Assembly: GCA_946533675.1 (NCBI GenBank)
Contig: CAMNBZ010000003.1
Location: forward strand, 33,014 to 97,013
Direction: 5' to 3'
Length of the DNA stretch: 64,000 nucleotides
Source: an uncultured Verrucomicrobiota bacterium
GTDB taxonomy: Bacteria; Verrucomicrobiota; Kiritimatiellia; RFP12; UBA1067
Below are positions 8,864 through 33,300 of this stretch, in pieces; within the stretch, counting starts at the first letter, position 1, and every line of letters starts with the position of its first letter. A program made the position numbers and the translations under genes. A model generated the notes under the pieces. It ran no database searches and was not told the origin of the DNA. It saw only the letters and a program-made list of their open reading frames with translations.

Positions 8864-9170
8864 GCTAGAACGCCCGCTTCGCGGGCTAATCTAGAACGCT
8901 CGCACGGGGTGCGAGCTAATCTAGAACGGAACGGGGCGGTGGCCCCGTTCCTAATCTAGAACGCCCGCTGCGCGGGCTAACCTAGAGCGCGCGGCACGGC
9001 CGCGCTTGTCTAGAAAGTCTAGATTAGCTCGCGCAACGCGCGAGCGTTCTAGATTAGCCCGCACTTCGTGCGGGCGTTCTAGATTAGGGGCGGCACACTT
9101 GCCGCCCCGTTCTAGCTTCTTTAGCTTGCCGCCACGTTCTAGCTAGTCTAGCCAGCTGCCCCGTTCTAGC
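8864..9170. repeat. CTAG-rich hairpin mosaic array B (BIME-like)
   Basis: About 14 CTAG tetramers. The architecture matches array A, with two extra hairpin units at the 5' end. Confidence 0.85.
8920..9116. repeat. 197-bp direct repeat, copy 2 (partner 7818-8014)
   Basis: See copy 1. Confidence 0.85.
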
Positions 9171-9282
9171 ATCTCTTCTGCGCAAATCTAAATTTCCCGT
9201 TGCCTTTTCAGACCAGTTGTGATAAAGTGTTCAAAGACTGTTAACAGGGTAGCTGATAGCTTGTCAATAAGCCATCGGCAAC

Positions 9283-9311
9283 TTGCTATCCGTCATGCAA
9301 AAAAGTATAGT
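9283..9311 (+). promoter_or_regulatory. sigma70-like promoter of the giant-protein operon: TTGCTA - 17 nt - TATAGT
   Basis: It lies in the only long AT-rich intergenic stretch (about 9175-9360). An AAGGTGG SD at 9351-9357 precedes the ATG at 9361. Confidence 0.55.
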
Positions 9312-9360
9312 AAATATTGGTGTTTCAATGACATCAAACGAATGAAAGACAAGGTGGCGC

Positions 9361-20944
<11,584 letters not shown>

Positions 20945-20961
<17 letters not shown>

Positions 20962-21310
20962 CAGATTTGCGGTGCTTGCCGCCGCCACCGTCCTCCTGAC
21001 GGGATGTCCGAAAGCGGAGAAGGAGCCCGAGCCGGAAACGACCCGGATGCAGGATCCCGTGTATGTCCAGAAGCTGGAGGTCGAGCGGGGCGAGCAGAAG
21101 CGCATCCAGGGCGATCTGGAGGCGGTGCGCCAGGCGCTGGAGGCGCTGAAGGCCGAGGACCCCGAGCTGACGGGGGACAAGGCGAAGGAGCTGGCGGCGC
21201 GCCGCGACGCGCTCCTGGAGGAATTCGGCGCAAGCCGCAAACGCGCGGCCGCGACGGTGCGCGAGCGCGTGCTGAAGGATTTAAACAATGAGAAGCAGAA
21301 GGGAGAATAA
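20945..21310 (+). CDS. small coiled-coil lipoprotein (121 aa)
   Basis: MKMPIDRFAVLAAATVLLTGC carries the lipobox L-T-G-C. The remainder is charged and heptad-like (LEAVRQALEALKAEDPEL...). The ATG overlaps the last 17 nt of giant gene 1, and the stop lies 4 nt before the giant gene 2 ATG. Confidence 0.6.
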
Positions 21311-21314
21311 GCCC

Positions 21315-24300
21315 ATGAAGATGAAACTGATGAAAGCACTCGTCCTGACCTTCGCCCTGGCGGCGGGGACGGCGGCACGCGCCGCCGGCGACCTGATCGA
21401 GATTCTGCCGTGCGACGCGACGGGCCAGACGCTCGCCGTGCCGGTCAGCTCGGTCGCGGATCCGATCGACTGCACCCCGCACTACTTCAAGCTGCGTCTC
21501 GTCAACCGCATCGGGTATTCGGCGTCGCAGCCGTGGGTGATGGTGCCGAAGGTGACGGGCGCGACCGACCCGCTGAAGATGTACGTCTACATCTCGGGCG
21601 AGCTGCGCGAGGCGGCGTACACCGGCACGACCGTTCCCAACGGCCTGACGACCGATTTCGTCTTCAGCTTCACGCCGCGTGCGGGCGATCTGGCGCTGCC
21701 GGTCGTGCTCGCGACCACGGCGGGCCGCGCGGACGTCTCGGGCCTCACCGAGGGGAGCATCGTCTACCGCCTGGCCAACGACCATCTCTGGGGCATCTAT
21801 CCGAACGGCGACACGACCCAGGACGAGGCCGTGCTGATCCTGAACGATTCGAACGAGGTGCATGCCTCGCGTCCCGAGGGCGGCGACTGGTCGAACGACT
21901 ACTCGCTCGCGGGCGCGGGCTTCTACGTGAAGGAGGTCGACTTCGACGCCAACGCGTACAGCGACACGGTCTGGCGTTCGATCAACTCGAACGACACGAC
22001 GTGCGTCAACACGGCGCTGCCGATGCTGAAGGTGAACAGCCCGGAGAACACGTCCTCGGCGTTCGTCTACGTGTGGACGAAGGATCCGGACGTGGTGGTC
22101 GTCGACGGCAACAGCGCGAGCATCGGCACCGAGTACGCGATCGACGGCACGGACGAGGACGGCCAGCCGCTCAAGACGAAGGGCCTCAAGATCCAGGTCG
22201 CGGCGAACAGCGACAGCAAGAGCTTCTACCTCAAGGCGCTGGGCGCGGTGGGCGCGACGACGACGCTCTTCATGGCGGACACGCCGACCAACATCTACTA
22301 CAACTCGGGCTCGGTGATCCCGAACTTCGTCACGCGCACGGTCCGCGTGGACGTGCCGAACCCGCCGGCCGCGAAGCTCTACTTCAACGGCGAGACGAGC
22401 ACGACGACGCTCGCGCTCGGCGCGGACGCGGACTACCAGACGACGAAGGCGACGGTGATGGTCGAGCTGAGCGAGGCGTACACCGCCGACGTCACGGTGA
22501 CGCTCGGCGCGAAGTACACCGACGCGACGGACGTGGACCTGGCCGCCAACGACTACATTTCGCTCTCGACGACGGACGGCACGGCGAGCTGGAGCCAGCC
22601 GGCCGCCCAGGTGACGATTCCGGCGGGCAGCACGATGGCGACGCTGTATCTCCACGTGCTGGGCGGCAGCTCGCAGACGAAGGACGGCATCATCCTGTCG
22701 GTCGCGTCGATCGACGGCGCGGGCGACCACTACGCGGCGGGCGCGCAGGCGACGCTGTCGATCAGCCCGACGACGCCGAAGATCGCGAACCCGGCGAACG
22801 GGGCTGTGTTCGAGGGCGCGCTCACGGGCGAATCGTTCCTCCTCGAGGATTTCCGCATCGACGATACGTACGCGAACCGCCTCAAGGGCACGACCGAGGG
22901 CTACACGGTCTTCTACAAGCGCACGTACGCGGCGGGCGGCGGCGACGCGAAGTTCCAGCAGGCGACGTTCACGAACGCGCTGGACGGCACGGCGAAGGAC
23001 ACGGCGAGCGTGCTCGGCCTCCGGCTCGCGAAGGCGGGCACGGCCACGGTGACGATGTACCTCCAGGCGCCGGACGGAACGAAGACGGCGACGGCGGACT
23101 ACGTGACGTTCACGGTCGAGGTCACCCAGTCGCCGCAGGTGACGGCGCAGGTGACGAGCGGCCTCAACGATGACGAGACGGCGAGCGAGGGCGCGACGCT
23201 CCAGGTCAAGTTCTTCCTGAGCGACGCCAACTCGGCGGACGGCAACCTCTACGCGTTCCTCGTGCCGGCGGACGAGGCGACGTCGAACAACGTGGACGTC
23301 TGCACCGCGCTCGCGGACAGCGGCCGGACGGGCGTCGAGATCCTGAACGGCGAGTCGGCCTCCCGGCTCTACGCGACGCTGAAGTTCAAGGACGGCTCGA
23401 CGATCGGCGATCTGATGACGTTCAACATCTTCCTGAGCGAGGACAAGACGCTCGGCGCGCCGGACTATGCGACTTATCCCGACTACGGCTACAAGACGTA
23501 CGACGGCTACGCGGACGGCTCGCTGATGATCTACGTCGTCAACGAGATTCCGAAGGTCGCGCTCGTGCAGATCAACGGCGTCGACGGCACGTCGATCGAC
23601 GGCGACATCGTCGAGGACGTCCAGACGTCGCAGGGCATCGAGTGCAAATTCGCGACGGTGGTGACCGAGCCGTCGGCGACGGACCTCACCGCGGCGGACG
23701 GCAAGGAATTCCTCGTGCAGTACACCTTCTACGACGGCACGTCGCTGCCGCAGGTGCGCACGGTCCCCGGCAACCCGAACGCGCTGACCGACGGCGTCTA
23801 CTCGACGGTGACGAACTTCACCTTCCAGTCGGCGGGCACCAACAAGGTGACGGTCGCGCTGAAGGACAAGGACATGGACGCCTACGGCGACAAGTTCACG
23901 TTCTACGTCATCGTCAACGCGACGCCCGGCGTGGAGATCACCTCGGGCCGCATGGACGCCTCGGCGGTCTATCCCGAGGACGAGACCGGCGCAATCAACG
24001 CGCCCCTCTCCGTGAGGCTCACCGCGACGCCCAACGACGCGCTGGAGATCGGTCTCAAGGTCGATCACGCGGTCGCGAGCGACACCTTCGCGCTGCCGAC
24101 GCTGAACCTGCCGGTCGAGAACCGCGAGATCACGCCCGGCGTCTTCGCGGACGTGTACGTGGTCACCTTCAACGCGGGCTACCGCAACCCGGCGCAGAAC
24201 ATCTACTTCACCGCGATCGACGGCACGGGCAACTCGGAGATCAACGGCGTGACGATCACCCCGTACGTGCTGACCGACACCGAATCGCCGTACGCGGGCA

Positions 24301-27300
24301 AGACGTACCGGGAGCTCTACACCAACCTCGTGCCCTTCACGATGTATCCGCAGGGCGTCGACCCCGTCATCGTGACGCCGTCGGAGGCGAGCGAGGTCAT
24401 GACGAACAAGACGTCGATCGGCGTCGACAACATCGTCAACTGGGCGGTGCGCGACATCGCGGGCGACTTCGCGCCGCCCGCGACGGTCGCGATCACGGTC
24501 GAGGGCGTGACGACGGTCATCTCCAACAACATCGACATCGCCGGCGGCAGCATCCGCGCGGTGAGCGGCTCCCACAAGTTCCAGTTTGACTCGACGGGCC
24601 CGAAGACGGTCATCCTGACGGTGACGGACAAGGACGGCAGGCCGGCCACGCGCACGATCCTCTACATGATCGATCCGTCGAAGAACGTCATCGTCTACCC
24701 GCACGGCGCGAACCGCTCGAACGTCTCGTCGATCTCCTCGCCCTACGTCAACGCGCAGGGCCTCGGCACCGGCTACGTGTGGCAGGACGGCACGCTCGTC
24801 GGCGACAACACGAAGAAGTTCACGAACCGCCGCGCGCTGTCGTTCGGCGTGACGGCGACCTCGGCGACGTTCGCCGGCATGGGCGACATGACCGGCTGGC
24901 TCGGCAACGGCGCCGCGAGCACGCTCGCGTACGACAGCTACCTCTACGGCTGGATCGTGACGGCGGGCGGCGAGGCGACGTTCACCGGCTACAGCCCGCA
25001 CTACGGCACGTACGCGGACTACGCGGCGGCGTTCGCCGACGCGGACAACTACGCGGCGACGGTGACGCTGCCGAGCGCCGACGAGTTCGACGAGACGGCC
25101 AACGCCTACGCCGACCGCTTCCTGGAGGCGATCTTCTCGCGCGAATGGCGCGCGGCGGACAACATGGGCGACATCAACGCCGACGGCGTGCCGGACTTCT
25201 TCGCCGTGGCGAAGAGCTACGCGAACGGCACGGTCCAGGAGGCGGACGGCACCGGCGCCGAGGCGCGCACGCAGATCGACACGCTGAACGACGACCTCGA
25301 CTTCCTGCCCGGGCGCATCGCCGTGCCGCTCGCACCCTCCACGTGGAGCGGCGACGACGGCAGTCCGTTCACCGCGCGGCTGGAGGTCCGCGGTTCCCAC
25401 AACGGCCTGAACTACGGCATGTTCCGCGCCGACAAGAAGGAGGCCGCCGACGGCTGGATCTCCGATCTCGACCTGAGCCTGGCCGAAAAGCTCTACCTCG
25501 TCAGCCACGCGCAGGCGAACGCGGGCGCGGCGCTGGCCGACGCGCTCCTGGCGACGCTGCCGGCGAACTACGTCGCCGGCGATCTGGCGGACGGCTGGCT
25601 GACGCCGACCAACGCGACGGAGCAGGCGGCGGCGAAAGCCTACATCGACTGGACCTGGAGCGGCTACGAAGAGGGCGATGCGCCCGCGAAGTGGGGCTTC
25701 ACGGTCGAGAACCGCACCGATCCGACGAGCGACGACACCGACGGCGACGGCCTGCCCGACGGCTATGAATACGCGCTGTGGTACGCGGCGACCGTCGGCA
25801 GCGTCGACGCGACCGGCAATCGCACGACGATCACCGGCACGCGGTTCGACCTTTCCGACATCGAAAGCACCGACGACGTCATCACGTCCGCCGACATCGC
25901 CGCGATCTACAACCCGAACGCATACCGGAAGTCGGCCGAGCAGGACACGGACAACGACGGCCTCTTCGATCTCGAGGAAATGCTGATCGGCACGAGCCCG
26001 ATCCACTGGGACACCGACAGCGACGGCCTGAGCGACCTCTACGAGGTGCTGTACAACCTCAATCCGCTGAAGGCGGCGACGGACAACAATACGCCCGACG
26101 GCGAGACCAACCACGACGGCGACTTCATGGCGCGCGCCTCCACGACGGCCGCCTACATGATCGTCGAGTCGGCGACGGGCGAGCTCTGGGCCTTCTCGAC
26201 CTACACGTACAGCGATGACGGAACGGCGGCGATCCTCACCGGCACCGGCTTCCCGGTCGCGCGGTTCAACGGCGGCTACATCCCGCGGACGCTCTACGTC
26301 ACCGAAGAGCTGATGACGCAGGCGGCGACGCTCACGTTCGAGACCGGCACGACGCTCGATTCGCACAGCGTCATATTCTCGACGCTCGACCTCTACCACG
26401 CCCAGGTCTACTGGTACAAGGGCTTCGATCCGCGCACCGGCTGGTACGTGAACGGCAGCAACGGGTCGCTGTCCACGACGAAGCGCTGGCTGAAGAACAA
26501 CGCGCCGATTCCGGGCGGTACGCCCGTCGACACGGCGGCCTACACCGCGCACGACGAGTACCTGCTCCTCAAGTTCCGCCAGATCACCGGCATGACGGTC
26601 CGCGCGGACCAGAAGCACACGATCCAGGGGTACATCACGCTCAACTGCACCAACCCGAGCGCCGAGACGGAGGCGGGCGCGACGATCGGCGACGGCACCA
26701 AGGAGTACGGTGCGTGCGGCAACGGCGCGGACACCGATTCCGACGGCGTGCCGGACGGCTGGGAACTGTACATCGGCGTCGATCCGCAGATCGACTTCCG
26801 CATCCCGAAGTCGAGCAGCGGCCACGACCCGCTCTACTGGGACGGGTACACGGACGGCTACGGGAACCTCATCGCGGCGATCGGCGACAATTCGGCCTAC
26901 GATGACGGCCTGACGCTCGTGGGCGAATACGCCGGCACCGATTCGACGCTCGCGTTCGCCGGCTGCGAAAGCATCTACGCGAACCATCCGTCGCAGGCGG
27001 GCAGCGTCCACGTCAACTGGTTCAACAAGTTCTTCCCGACCGATCCGCGCCAGATCGACACGGACGGCGACGGCATCAACGACGGCGCCGAGGGCACCTC
27101 CTGGAGCGAACTCTTCACGATGAACCGCTGGGGCCAGCGCGCGGCGACCAGCACGCTGGAGTACAAGGAGATCACCCACAACTTCATCTACGGTTCGCCG
27201 TCCGACAACGGCTCGCTCTGCATCCGCGGCGGCGGCCTGAACCCGACCTGCCTCGATACGGACGGCGACGGCCTGCCCGACCCGTGGGAACGCCAGTACG

Positions 27301-30300
27301 CCGGCGCGCTCTTCACGGGCACCAGCATCGTCGACAGCCAGTTCAAGCAGGGCGCGCCGGACACGTCGGTCTTCAACGACATCGCCGCCGCGCTCCTGGC
27401 CTTCGGCAGCTCGACCAACGTCGCGGAAGGCGGCTACCACATCCTCATGGGCATGGACGGCACCGCCAATGACGCCGCGACCGAGGTCCGGCTGGGCTCG
27501 CCCGATCTCGACTGGGACGGCGACGGCCTCCAGAACTGGCAGGAGTACATGGTGCAGGCGATGCGCCACTTCCGCTACGACGACTTCCACACGCCGCTGA
27601 TGGGCTTCGATGCGCCGAAGTTCGATCTGGGCAGCGGCACCTATCTGCCGGGCGGCTGGTTCGGCCGTGACGAGAACGGCGAGGGCCAGTTCCTCGAAAT
27701 GAGCTACTCGACGCGCTTCACGCCGGCGGAGCTGGCGACGCTGCAGGAGATCGGCTACACGAACTTCGTCGATTTCGTGACCCGCTACGAGGCGGCGGAC
27801 GAGACGCGCGACTACCTGCGCGACCTCGGCTACCTGGCCCTGCCGCCCCGCGAATGGGACCATGCGCGCGTGGACCTCGGCAAGCGGTACATGCTGCCGC
27901 CGAAGCTGATCCAGGAGAAGCCGCAGGTCACGACGGCCCGCCTGCCCACCGTCTGGCAGTTCACCGACGGCACGGCGGTCGACCTGACGGATCCCACGAC
28001 CTACGCCTCGGGCACGGTCGCGACCGGCGAGATCGGCGCGTTCTCGTTCCTCGGCATGTCCTGGTTCTGGGACGAGGCGACCGGCAAGTCGGTCGAGCCG
28101 TACATCCTGACGACCACCAATCTCGTCTTCACGACGACGGGCGCCGCCGGCTATGTCGGCACCGATCCGCGCCTGTGGGATACCGACGAGGACGGCATGG
28201 ACGACTACTGGGAGCTCTTCCACGGCCTCAACCCGATCCTGGGCGATCCGGGCCAGCCGAGCGAATCGGACGTCACCATCGTGTCGAACAACGTGACGAC
28301 CGTCGAGACGCTCACCACGTACGTCGGCGCGAAGGACGTCATCTACGACCGCTACTACTCCATCAGCGCGTGGAAGAACGGCTGGGTCGGCTTTGACCGC
28401 GAATGGGATGCGGCGGACAAGACGCCGCCGCTCGACGCGATCCGCTATCCGTGGATGATGGGCGTGAGCATGTGCGACGCCGACGGCGACGGCCTCAGAA
28501 ACGAGGAGGAGGCGCTGATGGCCAACCTCGCCTCGCCCGACGCCTACCATACCGACCCGTCGCCGCTGTGGATGACGGATTCGACCGTCGGTTCCTTCCA
28601 GGTGCCGGTGATGGAGGTCGAGACGGTGACGACGAACCTCACGACCGCCGCCGGGCTGCCGGTTCTGGACGGCACCGGCAATCCGATCGCGATCGACATG
28701 GTCGTGACGAACGTCAGCTCCTACCTGACGTTCCGCCGCAGCCCGTCGTATACGGCGCTCTACTACAACGATGACGCGATGACCGCGTCGCCGTTCGGCA
28801 CGGCGCAGTTCGCGTCGTACGAGATGCACGAAGGCTACGATACCGACGGCGACTTCCGCAGCGACAAGACCGAGATGGAGAAGGTGGTCGAGACGACGAG
28901 CGATCCGCTGGACTTCGACGACATCAGCCGCCGCCAGTCCATCCACTTCGGCGGCAAGGACGATCCGGGCGTCGCGCTGACGTTCGAGCCGATCCGTCGC
29001 AACGCCAACGGGCAGTCGCTCTTCCGCCAGTTCACGGTGGAGGCGTGGGTGCGGCCGGAAGCTCCGGCGGCCGGCGAACGCCAGTATGTCGTCACGCGCG
29101 GCATCAACTATCCCGCGTGGGATCTCCTCAACTCCAACACCGTCGTGCGCCTCAACTTCGCGCTCGGCATCGACGAGAGCGGCCGTTCGCTCGCGCGCTT
29201 CGACAGCTCGACGGACGAGGGCTTCGTGGAGATCACCGGCTCGGCGCTCCCGGCGGACACGTGGGTGCACCTCGCGCTGACGTTCGACGGCGAGACGCTC
29301 CGGCTCTATGAAAACGCCGTGGAGATGAGCTCGCTGCCGACGACGATGATCCCGGCCAACGGCGTCCATGGCCAGATGCAGGATCCGCAGTACGCGCGCG
29401 GCTTCCCGTACAACACCTACAGCGCCTACCCGGCGGCGACCGCCCTCGGCGGCAGCCCGCGCGCGGCGGCGTTCGAGGCGGGCGCGGCGGCCGGCGCGGC
29501 GTGGGAGACGCTCGCGGGCGATCTCTTCAAGGGCAGCGTCGACGAAGTGCGCATCTGGGACGGCGCGCGCACGCTCGACCAGATCGCGGCCGACTACAGG
29601 AAGCGCTACTCGGTCAGCGACGTGAAGGCGCTGCGCGACAGGATCGTCGCCCAGCGTCGGGAGGGCGCGACGCGCAACGACAACGACGCCGAGGGCACGC
29701 TCGATCCCGAGCTGATCCAGCACTACAACTTCACGGCGCTGCCCGGCGCGACCGAGGCGCAGTACGTCCAGAAGGTCCCGGCGGGCTTCGCGGCGAACGT
29801 GCTCGCGCTCGTGCGCGATCCGGACGACGCGGAGATGAGCGACCTCGTCAAGGTCGGCTGGTGGAACGACATCCTGACGAACGCGACGATCGCGGTCAAC
29901 CAGGTCTACACCTCGCCGCACGTCGTGCCGTGGATCCAGAACACGGTCGCCCACCTGCCGCGCGTGAGCGGCACGGTGCTGGACAGCGTGTACTGGAGCG
30001 AGAACTACGCGGGCTACACGCCGGCCTCGTTCCACAGCCTCGGCTCGTTCACGTTCCCGAACGCGATGAATCCCTACAGCTTCACGTCGCTCAAGCTGGA
30101 GGAGGACTATGCGCTCAACAAGTTCCTCAAGCTCGGCGACGGCCTGTACAGCATCTACTACTCCGACATCCGCTACGAGTTCACCGGCACGAGCGACCTC
30201 GTTCCGCTCGGCTCGGCGTTCGCGCAGCGCCTCGCGGAAAGCTGGGACGGCGAGGGCGCGGAGGACGTCTGGGCGATCACGACGGACGGCACGGCCCTTG

Positions 30301-33300
30301 ACGGCGATCCGGACGGCGCGGGCATCCCGCAGTGGGCGCGCGACGCCGGCTACACGACGGCGGAGGCGTACGTCTACGCGCTGGCCCACGGCCTGATCCC
30401 GGGCGGCATCGATCCGGCCTACGCGCAGACCGCGGACATGGACGGCGACGGCCTGCCCGACTGGTGGGAGGTGCTGAAGGGCGTCAGCGAGATGGGCGCG
30501 AACGACGACCCGGATCACGACGGCCTGTCGAACTACCAGGAATACCTCATCTCCGAGGGCGCGGCATTCGGCCGGGGCACCGGCGCCGACGGCTGGCCCG
30601 TCGGTCTCAACCCGCTCGCGGCGATCACCGACAAGTCGGAGGGCTTCGTGCGCGACTACTTCCGCAAGGGCGGCGCGGACAAGACGAACTGGTATCTCGG
30701 CGAAATCATCGGAGACCATGACTTCATGGAAGACTGGTGGGAGGCGGGCTATCCCCGGAGCTACGCGAATCCGGGCGTCTACGATCCGCACGACGACACG
30801 GACGGCGACGGCTGGACCAACTGGGAGGAGCTGCGCTACAGCCGCTTCACCTCGACGATCGCGGCCGACCGCATCTCGCATATCGTCGGCGACTCCGAAA
30901 TCAAGGACATGCCGGTTCCGACGCTGCGCCTGTCGCTCGCCTACAACGGCAGCCAGCAGGTGGGCGAGGCGCCGATCGTCATCCAGACCTACTCGAAGCG
31001 CGGAGCCGAAAGCGCCGACGCGACGTTCACGGTCCAGCGCGGCGAATCGGAGGAGCTCACGCGCTACATCGGCAAGTGGAGCGACCGCGTCGTCCACGGC
31101 ACGCTGACGCCGGGCCACATCAACGCCAAGTCGCTCGACATCGAGTTCGCGGCCGTCGACAGCGATTCGGAATACGTGGTGCAGTTCGTCGGCCTGGAAG
31201 ACGTCATCCCCGGCAGCACCGGACGCTTCTACCCGCTGACCTACGACGAGTACATGCAGCTGTACAACACCTACGGCTCGAACCGCGTGGTGCTGCAGAC
31301 GACGTCCGCCTTCGTCTGGAGCCAGTTCAACCAGGCCAACGGCGTCACGGTCGGCGACGAGGGCTACATCCGCCTGCTGGGCGAGCGCGTCGGCACGATC
31401 GATCTGGAGACCGGCGCGTACGATCTCGACCTCGGGCCGTTCGCCGAACACGGGCTGACCGGCACCAACGGCACCTACGCGCTGTCGAGCACCGTGCTGC
31501 GCTTCAAGTACACCTCGACCGGACCGAAACTCGCCGACAACCGTCTGGATCTCTACCTCGGCGAGGCCGGCTCGGGATACGTGCGCGGCGGAACGAACAC
31601 GATCACCGCGTTCTACGATCTGGACGGCAATGGCGTCTACACCCCCGGCGAGCCCTTCGGCGTGGCCGAGGGCGTGGACGTGGGCTGGTTCCACTCGGCC
31701 GAGACCGTCATCGAGCTGACCGACACCACGGCGATCCTGCCGCGCGTGGACGTGACGACGCTCGCGAGCGACCGCAGCGCCGTGCTGGGCGACGCCGGCG
31801 GCGTTTCGGCCGAGGCCGTGCTCGCGGTCGGCGACGCCGCCGAGGGCGCCGCGGCGCAGACATCCGGCATCGCCGGCACCTACCACATCGTGCGCACGGC
31901 CGTCAACGGCACGGAGCTCCCGTCGCGCACCACGGTTCTCTCCAAGACGCTGACGTACGCCGGCCGCAGCTACCTGTGCGAGGGCGACGTGACCCGCACC
32001 GGCAGCCTCGGCCTCGACTGGGGCGCGCTGGACGCGGCGGCCGCGCGTGTCGGCATCGCGCCCGCCGACATCTCGCGCGTGACCTACGCCCTCGAGCGCG
32101 TCACCGTGTCCGAGGAGACGGGCCTGCCGGAGACCGAGGAGCTGATGACGTTCGTCAACACGTTCAACACCATCCGCGGCACCGCCCGGGCGGTCGCGCC
32201 GATCCAGGGCGCCGCCGTCGTCCAGGCCGCGCCGACGTTCGTCTGGACGAGCGAGGACGAGACGATGACCGCCTTCCGTCTGCAGGTGTGCGACGACGAG
32301 GGATCGATCGTCTATGATTCCGGCGCGAAGCTCCTGCCGGCGCGGCTGAACGGCACCTACACGTTCACGCCCGACCTGTATGTCGACTTCGCGGCCACCA
32401 ATGGCGCGCCGGTCTTCGCGGACGGCGGCAGCTACCGCTGGCGCGTGGGGCTCCTGAACGCCAAGTTCGCGACGATTGACGAAGCGGCCGACGCGGACTG
32501 GAGCGACTGGAGCGACTTCGCGACGGGTGTCGCGAGCACGGACGGCCAGCTGACCGGCTACGGCTCGGCGGCGGCGGCGGTGCGCTACTACGGTCCCGCC
32601 GCGGGCGACGAGGCCGCGAACATCCTCGTCGAGGCGTACGACACGCCGGACTTCTCCGGCGCCCCGCGCGCCCGGGCGCGTCTGGCAGACCTCGCGCTCC
32701 TCGGCGACCGCGCCGATCTGACGACGACCAACGCGGTGCTGCGCGGCCTCGAGCCCGGCAAGATCTATCTCGTCGCGTTCATCGACCGCAACAACAACGG
32801 CGTGCGCGACCGCTACGAATCCTGGGGCTATGCCAACCAGGTCGACGTGCACACCCCGGACATCTACACGCCGGCGAGCGTGGAGGTGAAGGCCGAGGCG
32901 GTCAAGACGTCCGCGGCGGTGATCTACATCGAGGATACCGATCTCAACAAGAACGGCGTGCCCGATCCGCTGGAAAGCCTGGACGACCTCCAGACGGCCG
33001 ATGCCGCGATCACTGACGTCAGCCGGGATGTCGACAGCGACGGCGACGGTCTCACGGACGATGACGAGACGGGCGTCCACGGAACCGATCCGAACCAGGC
33101 GGATACGGACGGCGACGGCATGCCCGACGGCTGGGAGGTTGAAAACGGCACCAATCCGCTGGCGGATGACGGCGCGACGGCGCTCGACGGCGACGTGATG
33201 GCGTACGCGGAGCTGAAGGGCCAGACGGTGTTCACGGCGACCGACGGAACCGAGACGAAGTCCGTCTGGGTGAAGGCGAGCGACACCGCGCGGGCGGTCC

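Noticed and set aside
6128-9116. A diversity-generating retroelement, with the four-helix-bundle protein as Avd and the 197-bp repeats as a TR/VR pair.
   Set aside because: No reverse transcriptase is in the window. The repeats are non-coding and differ at only two positions, not in the adenine-specific pattern of TR/VR. The upstream gene's 3' end is not part of the repeat.
7809-9170. The CTAG and 13-mer arrays as a CRISPR array.
   Set aside because: The 'repeat' is only 13 nt and flips orientation mid-array. The 'spacers' are 13-20 nt perfect palindromes. The two arrays share 197 bp of identical 'spacers'. No cas genes or leader are present.
7809-9170. An integron cassette array, with the hairpins as attC sites.
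   Set aside because: No integrase or attI is present. The hairpins are far shorter than attC sites and lack the GTTRRRY core; GTTCTAG does not fit it.
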